Shown here piece by piece: positions 1 through 8,599 of a stretch of DNA of 64,000 nt. This DNA comes from an uncultured bacterium. Its GTDB lineage: Bacteria; Krumholzibacteriota; Krumholzibacteriia; JACNKJ01. The position numbers and the translations under genes were made by a program. The notes under the pieces are model-generated. The model did no database searches. It saw only the letters and a list, made by a program, of their open reading frames with translations, and was not told the DNA's origin. Positions within the stretch are counted from its first letter, which is position 1. Every line of letters begins with the position of its first letter. The stretch lies in contig CAVOFT010000001.1 in NCBI GenBank assembly GCA_963695095.1, positions 2,176,001 to 2,240,000 of the forward strand. The letters run 5' to 3'.

Positions 1-64
1 CGCTGGGGCGGGGCCGCTCAATGCCGGAGTGCCCAGCCGCCGGCGGCGATTCGCCGCTTTCGTA

Positions 65-93
65 TTGCGGAGGGCGAGGCCCTGTGCTAAGTT
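65..93 (+). promoter_or_regulatory. sigma70-like promoter of ppiD-like gene
   Basis: TTGCGG (65-70), 17 nt, TAAGTT (88-93), with extended -10 TG at 85-86. Confidence 0.55.
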
Positions 94-187
94 ATGCCGC
101 CTCAGCGAATTGACCGCCTGCTTCCGCTGCGGTCGCGTCCGTTTTCCCCATCAGCCGTCTTCGCCGGAGCGCAGGGAGGGGCCTTCC

Positions 188-2011
188 ATGTTGAGCAAGA
201 TGCGCCAGGGGCCATTCATCAAGACCGTCCTCTGGGTGGTGGTCGTCGCCTTCGTCGCCACGATGGTCTTCGTCTGGGGCGCCGATCTCCAGGGCGTCGG
301 CTGCAGCCAGGGCGCCCCTCAGGGGCAGCAGTGGGTGGGCAAGGTGGGCCACAAGGGCCTCAGCCTCGTCGACTACGATCGCCGCCTGCGCCAGGCCATC
401 AGCCAGCTCGCCCAGGGCCGCGAGCCCGGCCAGGTGATCAGCGAGGACGAGCGCCTGCGCGTGGCCGATCAGGTCTTCGAACAGATGGTGAACGAGCAGC
501 TCTTCGAGATGGAAGTCTCGCGCTTGAAGCTGACGCCCAGCGATGCCGAGGTGGGCGACATCCTCCAGTTCGATCCGCCCGAGATCCTGCTCCAGCAGTT
601 CCGCGACGCGCAGGGCAACTTCGATCGCGGCGCCTACGAGCTGGCCCTCAACAATCCGAACGTCGACTGGACGCCCTTCGAGCAGTACGTGCGCGCCAAC
701 CTGCCGGCCGAGCGTTTGCAGCAGATGCTGATCAGCAGCGTGCACGTGGGCGAGGGCGACGTGCGCCAGGAATACGAGCGCCGCTTCCGCAAGATGACCG
801 TCCTCTATGCCGGCCAGGCCTGGCGCGAGGTGAAGCTGGCGAACGACACCCCCACCGACGAGGTCCTGCGCGCCTACTTCGAAGAGCACAAGGACAAGTT
901 CGCGGTGGAGGAGCGCTACCGCATCGAGGCCATCCGCCTCTCGCGCGAGCCCAGCCCCGCCGATGCGGACTACGTGCGCGGGCGGCTGGATGCCCTGCGC
1001 AGGGAGATCGTCGCCGGCGGCAAGACCTTCGCCCAGATGGCGAAGGAGTGGTCGCAGGACCTCGCCAATGCCGAACTCGGCGGCGACCTTGGCTGGTTCG
1101 GCAAGGGCCGCATGGACCCCGCTTTCGAGGCGGCCGCCTTCGCCCTCGCCGCGGGACAGGTCAGCCAGCCCGTGCGCAGCGCCTTCGGCTATCACCTGAT
1201 CCAGGTGGACGAAAGGCGCAAGCAGGCGGGCGCGGACGAAGTCTCGGCCCGGCACATCCTGCTGCGCGTCGAGCCCAGCTATGCCACCCTGGACAGCCTG
1301 AACAGCCTCGCCGACTCCCTCTACGCGAAGGCGGAGGCGAGCGGCTCCCTGGCCGACGCGGCCCGGGCGCTCGGCCTGGCGCCGATCAGCCCGCCGCCCT
1401 TCTCCAAGCGCGAGTCGATCGCGGGCCTCGGCTTCAACAGCGCCATCAAGGCCAAGGTGGAGCACATGAAAGCGGGCACGGTGAGCAAGGTCTTCCAGGC
1501 CCGCGACGCCGACTACCTGGTCCAGCTGCTGGAAGTCCTACCGGCCGGAGCCGCCGACTTCGCCAGCAAGCGCGACGAGGTGCTGCGCGCCTGGCGCGAG
1601 ACCGAGCAGCGCGGCCTCGCCCGCCAGCAGGCCGCGGCCCTGAAGACCGCCATCGACAGCGGGCGCGGGCTGCGTGATGCCGCCACCGCCCTGGCTCTGA
1701 CGCCCGTGCAGAGCGAGCCCTTCAGCCGTCGCGACTACGTGCCCGGGGTGGGCCGCGAGGGCGCCTTCCAGATCGCAGCCTTCCTGCTCAATCCGGGCCA
1801 GGTGAGCGGCGTCATCGAAGCGCAGGAGGGCGCCTACGTGCTGCAAGTGCTGGAGAAGCCCGAGTCCGACAAGGAGAACTGGCTCACCGAGAGCAAGAGC
1901 ATCCGCGAGCGGCTGCTCGGCAACGCCCAGCAGCGCTACTTCGTGAGCTGGATGACGGCGCTGAAGAAGCGCTTCCCCGTCGAGGACTATCGGGACCGCT
2001 TCTATAATTAG
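188..2011 (+). CDS. PpiD/SurA-like membrane-anchored periplasmic chaperone, parvulin-type peptidyl-prolyl isomerase
   Basis: ATG at 188 after AGGGAGG; N-terminal TM (VLWVVVVAFVATMVFVWG); SurA_N-like region; rotamase motifs FAQMAKEWSQD, GGDLGWF, VSQPVRSAFGYHLIQV, ARHILL. Confidence 0.9.
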   Translation: MLSKMRQGPFIKTVLWVVVVAFVATMVFVWGADLQGVGCSQGAPQGQQWVGKVGHKGLSLVDYDRRLRQAISQLAQGREPGQVISEDERLRVADQVFEQMVNEQLFEMEVSRLKLTPSDAEVGDILQFDPPEILLQQFRDAQGNFDRGAYELALNNPNVDWTPFEQYVRANLPAERLQQMLISSVHVGEGDVRQEYERRFRKMTVLYAGQAWREVKLANDTPTDEVLRAYFEEHKDKFAVEERYRIEAIRLSREPSPADADYVRGRLDALRREIVAGGKTFAQMAKEWSQDLANAELGGDLGWFGKGRMDPAFEAAAFALAAGQVSQPVRSAFGYHLIQVDERRKQAGADEVSARHILLRVEPSYATLDSLNSLADSLYAKAEASGSLADAARALGLAPISPPPFSKRESIAGLGFNSAIKAKVEHMKAGTVSKVFQARDADYLVQLLEVLPAGAADFASKRDEVLRAWRETEQRGLARQQAAALKTAIDSGRGLRDAATALALTPVQSEPFSRRDYVPGVGREGAFQIAAFLLNPGQVSGVIEAQEGAYVLQVLEKPESDKENWLTESKSIRERLLGNAQQRYFVSWMTALKKRFPVEDYRDRFYN

Positions 2012-2063
2012 CGCCGGCTGAGCCGGCTGCGGCAATTCGCGCCGGCGCTGCCGGCCGCGACGA

Positions 2064-2543
2064 TCAGGAGGCGGATCCGGACTTGTCCGGGTCCGCTTCC
2101 TGCGTTGGGGGCGGACCCTCCTCGGCGGGCGGCTCGGTTGCCGGCGGCGCGCTCGGAGGCGGGGTGGCCGGCGGGGGCGAAGCGGCCACGAGGCCCGCGC
2201 GCTGCAGCTCGGCCTCGGCGTCGCGGTAGGGCGCCTCGAAGTCGCTCGCGGCGGCGGACGGAGCCGCCAACGCGCCTTGCTCGATGTTCCGTGCGGCCGG
2301 CCGCGGCGCGTCGACGCCGCTCTCCAGTTCGCTGCCGCGCGCAGGGCCCACCGCCGGGGGCGGCTCCAGATTGCTGTAGAGCTCCCGCTTCAACTCGCGA
2401 TTGGCGTCCCTGAGCCGGCTGCTCACCTTGCCGAACTGGCGAGCGATCTCCGGCAGGCGCTTGGGCCCCAGCAGCACGAGGGCCGCGCCGAGGATGAGCA
2501 GCAGCTCCGTGCCGCCGATGTCGAGGAAGGCTACCATGACCAT
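2064..2543 (-). CDS. tatB: Twin-arginine translocase subunit, TatB/TatA family
   Basis: DIGGTELLLILGAALVLLGPKRLPEIARQFGK signature, then Pro/Ala-rich tail; start could be 2537. Confidence 0.8.
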   Translation of the reverse strand: MVMVAFLDIGGTELLLILGAALVLLGPKRLPEIARQFGKVSSRLRDANRELKRELYSNLEPPPAVGPARGSELESGVDAPRPAARNIEQGALAAPSAAASDFEAPYRDAEAELQRAGLVAASPPPATPPPSAPPATEPPAEEGPPPTQEADPDKSGSAS

Positions 2544-2800
2544 TTCAGCAACTGGATCATCACGAAGATGCCCAGCACCGATAGCAGATTGAAGGTGAGG
2601 CTGAAACCGAAGGTGAAACTGCAGATGAGCAGGTCCACCGTGAAGGGCGCCAGCGTGAAGCTCTTGGCATAGGTGAGCACATCGCGGGGAACGCCCGGCG
2701 GCAGGATGATGCCCAGCAGTTCGCCCAGCAGCGTGCCCACGGCGATGCCGAGCAGGATGCTGAGGACAATCGTGCGGAAGGACTTTCGATGCAGGGCCAT
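2531..2800 (-). CDS. Small membrane protein, DUF4321-like
   Basis: ATG at 2800 after GAGGTGAGG; GIAVGTLLGELLG and DLLICSFTFGFSLTFNLLSVLG patterns. Confidence 0.7.
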   Translation of the reverse strand: MALHRKSFRTIVLSILLGIAVGTLLGELLGIILPPGVPRDVLTYAKSFTLAPFTVDLLICSFTFGFSLTFNLLSVLGIFVMIQLLKWSW

Positions 2801-2834
2801 CGCCTCACCTCGCCGGCGTTGCCGCTGGCCGGAC

Positions 2835-3356
2835 TCAGGGCTCCGGCCAGCGATAGTCTTGCCAATCATGCCCCAGGACGAGCGTGGCGTCCAGCATCAG
2901 ATCCTCGCGCCGCTGGACGATCACGGGCACGCCGCCCATGCGCTCGGCGAGGGCGAGCGTCGCCGCTCGGCACCCCTCGCGCCCGCTACGCACGACAAGC
3001 AGGGTCTCCGGGAAGGGCCAGCCGGGGGCGTTGGTCTTGTCGAGGGTGTCCACCCCCCAGTGGCGCAGCGCCTCGCCCCGCTCCAGGGCGAGGCGGCTCA
3101 CCCCGGTCGCGTTGAGAATCTGCAGGCGCAGCGGGATCGTCGGCAGGGCGGCGATCTCCGGCTCGCCCACGGCCTCGGGCGCGACCGCCTCGCCACCCGT
3201 CAGACGCCCCCGGCTCCAGTCCCAGGCGCGGCCCAGGCCCTCGCCGAGATCCGAGGCGTAGCGCAAGGCCAGGGAGAAGACGAGCAGGACGAGGAAGGCG
3301 ACCAGCAGCCAGCGCCCCCGGGCGGACTGCCTGGCCGCGCGGCGCGCAGCGCTCAT
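2835..3356 (-). CDS. LytR C-terminal domain protein with N-terminal TM
   Basis: LQILNATGVSRLA...DATLVLGHDW matches the LytR_C pattern. Confidence 0.8.
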   Translation of the reverse strand: MSAARRAARQSARGRWLLVAFLVLLVFSLALRYASDLGEGLGRAWDWSRGRLTGGEAVAPEAVGEPEIAALPTIPLRLQILNATGVSRLALERGEALRHWGVDTLDKTNAPGWPFPETLLVVRSGREGCRAATLALAERMGGVPVIVQRREDLMLDATLVLGHDWQDYRWPEP

Positions 3357-3357
3357 T

Positions 3358-3840
3358 TCAGGACTCGCCTTCCGCGGCCAGGGCGGCCTCGAGGCGGGCG
3401 AAGCTGTCGGCGGGATCCTCGGGCACGACGCGCAGGCCGCCGACGGTGCTCATGAAATTCGTGTCGCCCCCCCAGCGCGGCAGCAGGTGAATGTGCAGGT
3501 GGCCGGGGATGCCGGCTCCGCCCGCGACGCCGAAGTTGATGCCGACATTCATGCCTTCCGGCCGGTAGGCCAGCCGCAGCGCCGCCTCCACGCGCGCGAG
3601 CAGGGGCGCCAGCTCCGCGAGGGCCAGCGCCGGCAGCTCCCCCAGCCAGCTCTTGTGCGCGCGGCTGATCAGCATGACGTGCCCGCTGCAGTAGGGAAAG
3701 GCGTTGAGGGCCAGGTACCAGTGCGGCGTGGCCAGGAGCTGCTCTGCCGGCTGCTCGGCCAGGCGGCAGAAGACGCAACCCTCCTCGCGCTGGCCCTCCA
3801 TCACGTACTGCCGACGCCAGGGCGTGAACAGAAAATCCAT
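3358..3840 (-). CDS. HIT family protein (Ap4A phosphorylase/FHIT-like)
   Basis: PWR..Y, CVFC, NAFPYCSGH, GAGIPGHLHIHLLPRWGGDTNFM. Confidence 0.9.
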   Translation of the reverse strand: MDFLFTPWRRQYVMEGQREEGCVFCRLAEQPAEQLLATPHWYLALNAFPYCSGHVMLISRAHKSWLGELPALALAELAPLLARVEAALRLAYRPEGMNVGINFGVAGGAGIPGHLHIHLLPRWGGDTNFMSTVGGLRVVPEDPADSFARLEAALAAEGES

Positions 3841-4631
3841 CAGGTCCCCCCGGCCAGGCGCGCTTCCAGCGCGGCCAGCTGCTCGCGGTCGTTGATGCCG
3901 GCAATCTCGATGGGGTCCTCGCAGCGGCGCGCCGCCACCCGCTCGCCGCGCGCGCGCAGGATGGCCAGGGTGTCCGTGAGGTAGTACTCGCCCTGGTCGT
4001 TCTCGGGCCGCAGGGCGTCCAGGGCCGTGAGCAGCGCCGGCAGCCGGAAGCAGTAGATGCCCGAGTTGATCTCGCCCACGGCGCGCTCGCTCGCGCTCGC
4101 GTCGCGGTGCTCGCGAATGGCCGCCACGTCGCCCGCCCCATCGCGCAGGATGCGCCCGTAGCCCGTGGGATCGGCCAGCTCGGCGGTGAGCACCGTGGCC
4201 GCGGCCTGCCGCTCCCGATGCTCGGCGAGCAGCCCGCTCAGGGTCTCGGCGCGGATGAGCGGCACGTCGCCCGCCAGGACCAGCAGGTCGCCCGTGAGTT
4301 CGGCCAGCTCGGCCCTGGCGACCTGCGCCGCGTGTCCCGTGCCGTGCTGCTCGGCCTGCAGCACGAAGCGCAGGTCGCCCGCATCCTCAGCCGCCATCGC
4401 CTCGCGTACCCGCTCGTGCTGGTATCCCACTACAAGCACGAGAGGCGCCAGCTGCGCTGCGCGTGAAGCCTCGATCACCCAGAGCAGCAGCGGACGGCCT
4501 CGCAGGGTGTGCAGCACCTTGGGCAGGTCGCTCTTCATGCGCGTGCCCTTGCCGGCGGCCAGGATCAGGGCCGCGCAGCCCAGGCCGCCGGCCCCGCGCT
4601 CCGCGGGCGCCTCAAAAAAGCAGGGTTTCAT
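3840..4631 (-). CDS. Sugar-1-phosphate nucleotidyltransferase, GlmU N-terminal (uridyltransferase) domain only
   Basis: LAAGKGTRMKSDLPKVLH, GTGHA, GDVPL, PTGYGRI, EINSGIY, NDQGEYYLTD, GINDREQL; ends with no hexapeptide acetyltransferase domain. Confidence 0.85.
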   Translation of the reverse strand: MKPCFFEAPAERGAGGLGCAALILAAGKGTRMKSDLPKVLHTLRGRPLLLWVIEASRAAQLAPLVLVVGYQHERVREAMAAEDAGDLRFVLQAEQHGTGHAAQVARAELAELTGDLLVLAGDVPLIRAETLSGLLAEHRERQAAATVLTAELADPTGYGRILRDGAGDVAAIREHRDASASERAVGEINSGIYCFRLPALLTALDALRPENDQGEYYLTDTLAILRARGERVAARRCEDPIEIAGINDREQLAALEARLAGGT

Positions 4632-5505
4632 GCACCGCCTCCCCATCGATGGCGAAGGTCAAGTTGTCGATCAGGCGCGTGCGGCCGAGCCGCGCCGCGC
4701 AGGCGACGAGCAGGGTACCGGCCGCCGGTACCCGCAGCGGGGGCGCCAGCGTGGCCGGATCGACGACCGCGAAGTACTCGGGGACCAGGCCCGGCGCGGC
4801 GGCCAGCCGGGCCAGCCCGCCCGCGGCCAGCCGCTGCGCATCGCGCTCGCCGGCGCGCAGGGCTTCGCCGGCCGCTGTGAGGGCCGCGAACAAGGCACTC
4901 GCCTGGGTCCGCTCCGCCGGCGCGAGATAGCGGTTGCGGCTGCTCATCGCCAGGCCGTCCGCCTCGCGCCGCGTGGGCGCCAGACGCAGGGCGAGCGGGA
5001 AGTGCAGGTTCTCGACGAGGCGCCGGACGATGAGCGCCTGCTGGGCGTCCTTCTGGCCGAAGACCGCCTCGTCCGGCTGCGCGAGATTGAAGAGCCGGAC
5101 CAGCACGTTGGTGACGCCGTCGAAGTGCCCCGGCCGGCTGGCGCCGCAGAGCGCGTCCAGGCCCCAGCCCACGCTCACCGTCGTCCTGTCGCCGGGCGGA
5201 TAGACGGTCTCGGCCGCCGGGGCGAAGCAGGCCACGGCGCCCAGGCTCGCCAGGAGGGCGAGGTCCGCATCGAGATCGCGCGGATAGGCGGCGAAATCCT
5301 CCTGCGGGCCGAACTGGGCGGGATTGACGAAGATCGAGACCAGCAGGCGATCGTTGTGCGCGAGGGCCAGCCGCGCGAGATCCAGGTGCCCTTCGTGCAA
5401 GCCGCCCATCGTGGGCACGAAGCCGAGGCGATGCCCGTTGGCGCTGAGGACGCGCCGCCAGGCACGCAGCTCGGCAGGGCTGCGCAGGAGCAGCGGCCGG
5501 CTCAC
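4612..5505 (-). CDS. panC: Pantoate--beta-alanine ligase
   Basis: GFVPTMGGLHEGH, SIFVNPAQF, RPGHFDGV, FGQKDAQQ, READGLAMSSRN, RLIDN. Confidence 0.97.
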   Translation of the reverse strand: MSRPLLLRSPAELRAWRRVLSANGHRLGFVPTMGGLHEGHLDLARLALAHNDRLLVSIFVNPAQFGPQEDFAAYPRDLDADLALLASLGAVACFAPAAETVYPPGDRTTVSVGWGLDALCGASRPGHFDGVTNVLVRLFNLAQPDEAVFGQKDAQQALIVRRLVENLHFPLALRLAPTRREADGLAMSSRNRYLAPAERTQASALFAALTAAGEALRAGERDAQRLAAGGLARLAAAPGLVPEYFAVVDPATLAPPLRVPAAGTLLVACAARLGRTRLIDNLTFAIDGEAVHETLLF

Positions 5506-6347
5506 TGGCCGCCCCCGCCTTCGCGGCCCTTGGCCGGCGGCGTGGCCTCGAAGCGGTGCTCAGGACCGGGGAAGCGGCCCGCGCGCACGTCGGCGGCGTA
5601 GGCGCCGACGGCGGCGCGCAGCGCATTCTCGATCTCCGCGTAGCGCTTGACGAAGCTGAGCCCGCCCTCGCCATAGCCCAGCAGGTCGTGGAGGACGAGG
5701 ATCTGTCCGTCGCAGTGCTCGCCGGCGCCGATGCCGATGGTCGGCACGGCGACGGCCGCGCTCAGCTCGCGGGCCAGGGTCCAGGGAATGCCCTCGAGCA
5801 CGATCGCGAAGACGCCCGCCGCGGCGAGCGCGCGCGCTTCCTCGATGAGGCGCGCAGCGGCCGCCGGCTCGCGGCCCTGGACACGGTAGCCGCCCAGGGC
5901 GAGATGGCTCTGCGGCGTCAGGCCGAGATGGCCCATCACCGGAATGCCGGCGGCGAGGATGGCCTCGATGGCCGGCAGGGTGCGCAGGCCGCCCTCGAGC
6001 TTGACGCCCCCCGCGCCCGCCTCCTTCACGAAGCGGCCGGCGTTCTCCAGCGCCTGGGCCGCGCTCACCTGGTAGCTCATGAAGGGCATGTCGGCGACGA
6101 CCATGGCCCGCTCGGCGCCGCGGGCCACGGCCGCGGTGAGCACGAGCATCTCGGTCATCGTGACGGGCAGGGTGGACTCGTAACCGAGCACGACGTTCGC
6201 CGCGCTGTCGCCGACGAGCACGATGTCGACGCCGCAGGCATCGAGGATACGGGCGCTGGGGTGGTCGTAGGCGGTGAGGGCGACGATCCGCTCGCCCTTC
6301 GCCTTCATGGCCGCGAGCTGCCGCGGACCGATGCGCTTGGTGGCCAT
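5502..6347 (-). CDS. panB: 3-methyl-2-oxobutanoate hydroxymethyltransferase
   Basis: LTAYD, LVGDS, DMPFMSY, VKLEGG, GHLGLTPQ, TIGIGAG, DGQILVLHDLLG. Confidence 0.97.
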   Translation of the reverse strand: MATKRIGPRQLAAMKAKGERIVALTAYDHPSARILDACGVDIVLVGDSAANVVLGYESTLPVTMTEMLVLTAAVARGAERAMVVADMPFMSYQVSAAQALENAGRFVKEAGAGGVKLEGGLRTLPAIEAILAAGIPVMGHLGLTPQSHLALGGYRVQGREPAAAARLIEEARALAAAGVFAIVLEGIPWTLARELSAAVAVPTIGIGAGEHCDGQILVLHDLLGYGEGGLSFVKRYAEIENALRAAVGAYAADVRAGRFPGPEHRFEATPPAKGREGGGGQ

Positions 6348-7015
6348 CAGCGCTCCCAGTTGGGCACGTAGTAGAGCGTGCCCTCGAAGGGGGTGAGGAC
6401 GCGCCGCACGAGGTCTTCGAAGTGCTCCGGATGGGCCACGAAGTTGACGTGGTCCGTGTTCACCACGAGCAGCGGCGACTCGCGGTAGTGGAAGAAGTAG
6501 TGGTTGTAGGCCTCCGCCAGCGTGCTCAGATAGCGCGGCTCGATGTCCTTCTCCATCCGCCGTCCGCGGCGAGCGATGCGCTCGAGCAGGCTCTCCACCG
6601 AGGCCTGCAGGTAGATGACCAGCTCGGGCTGCGGCACGCGATGCGCGAGCACGCCCGCCACCTGCTTGTAGAGGGCCAGCTCCTCGTCGCTGAGCGTGAT
6701 GTTGGCGAAGATGAGGTCCTTGGCGAAGTGGTAGTCCCCCACCACGCGGCGCTGGAAGAGCTCGCCCTGCAGCAGCTCCTGTTGCTGGCGGAAGCGCGAG
6801 AGCAGGAAGAACATCTGGGTCTGGAAGGCGTAGCGCGCCGGATCCGCGTAGAAGCCGGCCAGGAAGGGGTTCTCCTCCACGGCCTCGAGATTGAGACGCG
6901 CGTCGAAGCGCTCGGCGAGCAGGCGGGCGAGGCTGGTCTTGCCCACGCCGATCACGCCCTCGACGACGAGGTAGCCGGGCAGTTGGCCTCTAGTGGCCGT
7001 CGGACGCATGCCCAT
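6347..7015 (-). CDS. Deoxynucleoside kinase (dAK/dGK family)
   Basis: VEGVIGVGKTSLA P-loop, ENPFL..FY, FQTQMFFLLSR, RIARRGR; start 7015 or 7009. Confidence 0.9.
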   Translation of the reverse strand: MGMRPTATRGQLPGYLVVEGVIGVGKTSLARLLAERFDARLNLEAVEENPFLAGFYADPARYAFQTQMFFLLSRFRQQQELLQGELFQRRVVGDYHFAKDLIFANITLSDEELALYKQVAGVLAHRVPQPELVIYLQASVESLLERIARRGRRMEKDIEPRYLSTLAEAYNHYFFHYRESPLLVVNTDHVNFVAHPEHFEDLVRRVLTPFEGTLYYVPNWER

Positions 7016-7544
7016 CGTCAAGGCGCCACCACCCTTCTCGCGCCGCGGCGCCGGGAGGGTCGAGCCGCCGCAGCGCCTGCTCTTCGCCGAGCGCGGCCAG
7101 CATCTCGTCCACGCGGCGGCCATCGCCCGGATGCACCCAGTCGGGCCGGAGTTCGGCGAGCGGGGCGAGCACGAAGCGCCGCCGCGGCAGGCCCGGATGC
7201 GGCAGCGTGAGACCCGGCCCGCTCAGCTGCAGGCGGTCGTAGTAGAGCAGATCGATGTCCAGGACGCGCGGGCGGCGAGGTCCCCCCGCAGGGCGGCCGG
7301 CAGCGCGCTCGAGGGACCGGCAGCCGGCGAGCAGGCGCGCGGGACTGAGCGCGCAGTCCCCCACCGCGCACAGGTTGAGAAACGCGGGTTGCGGCTCGCC
7401 CACCTCGACCGGCGCCGACTCGTAGAGGCTGCTCACGCGCAGGCCCGTCAGAAGATCGGCCTCGATCCCGCGCAGCGCCGCCGCGAGCTGGCGCCGCCGA
7501 TCACCCAGGTTGCTGCCGAGGGAAAGGGCCACTGCGCCGCTCAC
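6990..7544 (-). CDS. folK: 2-amino-4-hydroxy-6-hydroxymethyldihydropteridine diphosphokinase
   Basis: LSLGSNLGDR, SSLYESAP, FLN, PRVLDIDLL, LTLPHP, RRFVLAPL. Confidence 0.95.
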   Translation of the reverse strand: MSGAVALSLGSNLGDRRRQLAAALRGIEADLLTGLRVSSLYESAPVEVGEPQPAFLNLCAVGDCALSPARLLAGCRSLERAAGRPAGGPRRPRVLDIDLLYYDRLQLSGPGLTLPHPGLPRRRFVLAPLAELRPDWVHPGDGRRVDEMLAALGEEQALRRLDPPGAAAREGWWRLDDGHASDGH

Positions 7545-7930
7545 GCCGGCCGCTCCCGCCGCTCCCGATGGAGGCGCACCTCGACCTCGCGGCAGGTGTT
7601 GGGAAAGGGGAGGTTCATCTTGCGCAGGGAGACGCCCACGCCGCCCAGGCGCGGGAAACGGGCGAGGAGGCCGTCGATCACCGTCTGCGCGAGATGCTCC
7701 AGCAGGCGGCAGCGCGTGCCGCCGGCGAGCTGCTGCGCGGCGACGTAGATCTCCTCGTAGCTCACCGTGTGGGTGAGCGAGTCGGTCTCGGCCGCCTGAC
7801 TGAGGTCGATGCTGAGATCCAGGTCCATGAGCAGGCGCTGGCCGATCTGGCGCTCGGGGTCCGAGGCGCCGTAGTAGCCGTAGACGATGATGTCGCGCAG
7901 GCGAATGCTGTCCATGAAAGTCCTTGGCAT
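7541..7930 (-). CDS. folB: Dihydroneopterin aldolase
   Basis: YGYYGASDPERQIGQ, DSLTHTVSY, LLEHLA; directly upstream of folK; start may be 7915. Confidence 0.9.
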   Translation of the reverse strand: MPRTFMDSIRLRDIIVYGYYGASDPERQIGQRLLMDLDLSIDLSQAAETDSLTHTVSYEEIYVAAQQLAGGTRCRLLEHLAQTVIDGLLARFPRLGGVGVSLRKMNLPFPNTCREVEVRLHRERRERPA

Positions 7931-7984
7931 GGAATCAGTTGCAGGTGAACGCCGGTCCCGGCAGGCGCGTCGCGACGCGGGCAG

Positions 7985-8013
7985 AGACTACGGGCAGCGC
8001 CGCGGGCTGTCAA
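7985..8013 (-). promoter_or_regulatory. sigma70-like promoter of folB operon
   Basis: Minus strand TTGACA, 17 nt, TAGTCT. Confidence 0.75.
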
Positions 8014-8083
8014 GGCGGGGAAGTGACGGGCCGGCAAGGCCCCCGCGCCGACCCGCCCGCCGCACAGGAGCCATGTCCCCGGG

Positions 8084-8599
8084 CTACTCGCTCGCGACGC
8101 GCAGGTAGCGGCGCGGCTTGGCGGTCGCGTTGCCGAAGCCCCGCAGGGTGTCCTGCGCCACGCGGGCAAGGAGGCTGCTCCTCGCCGTGCCGCCTGCCGT
8201 GGGCGAGCAGCCCTCGGGCAGGGGCCCGCTCACCCAGATCGCGAAGCCCTCGTCCGCAAGCTGCCAGTCGCTGCGCGTAAGCGGCGGCGTACCTTCGGCC
8301 GCGAGCGCGCCATAGCCGAGGCAGATGCCCGTCACACGCACGGTCAGGCCGACCAGGCTCGAGTCCGCGAGGATTTCCCGCACGCTGGCCGTACGAAGTG
8401 CGGTGTGTTCGACCAGCCCGGGCGCGGGTGCTGCGACGCTTGCCGGAGCCTTCACCTCGATCGGCGCCGCCGGCGCCGGCGCGGCCAAGGCAGTGTCACC
8501 GGTCGCGAGTTCGCCGTGCTCCCTCTCCGCGGCAGGCTCGTCCTTGCAGGACAGGCCGGCGACGGCGCAGGCCGCCGCCAGCACGATCAGCGCGCGCAT
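8084..8599 (-). CDS. Putative lipoprotein, unknown function
   Basis: ATG overlaps the upstream stop (TGATG); MRALIVLAAACAVAGLSC signal/lipobox; short beta-rich C-terminal domain. Confidence 0.65.
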   Translation of the reverse strand: MRALIVLAAACAVAGLSCKDEPAAEREHGELATGDTALAAPAPAAPIEVKAPASVAAPAPGLVEHTALRTASVREILADSSLVGLTVRVTGICLGYGALAAEGTPPLTRSDWQLADEGFAIWVSGPLPEGCSPTAGGTARSSLLARVAQDTLRGFGNATAKPRRYLRVASE

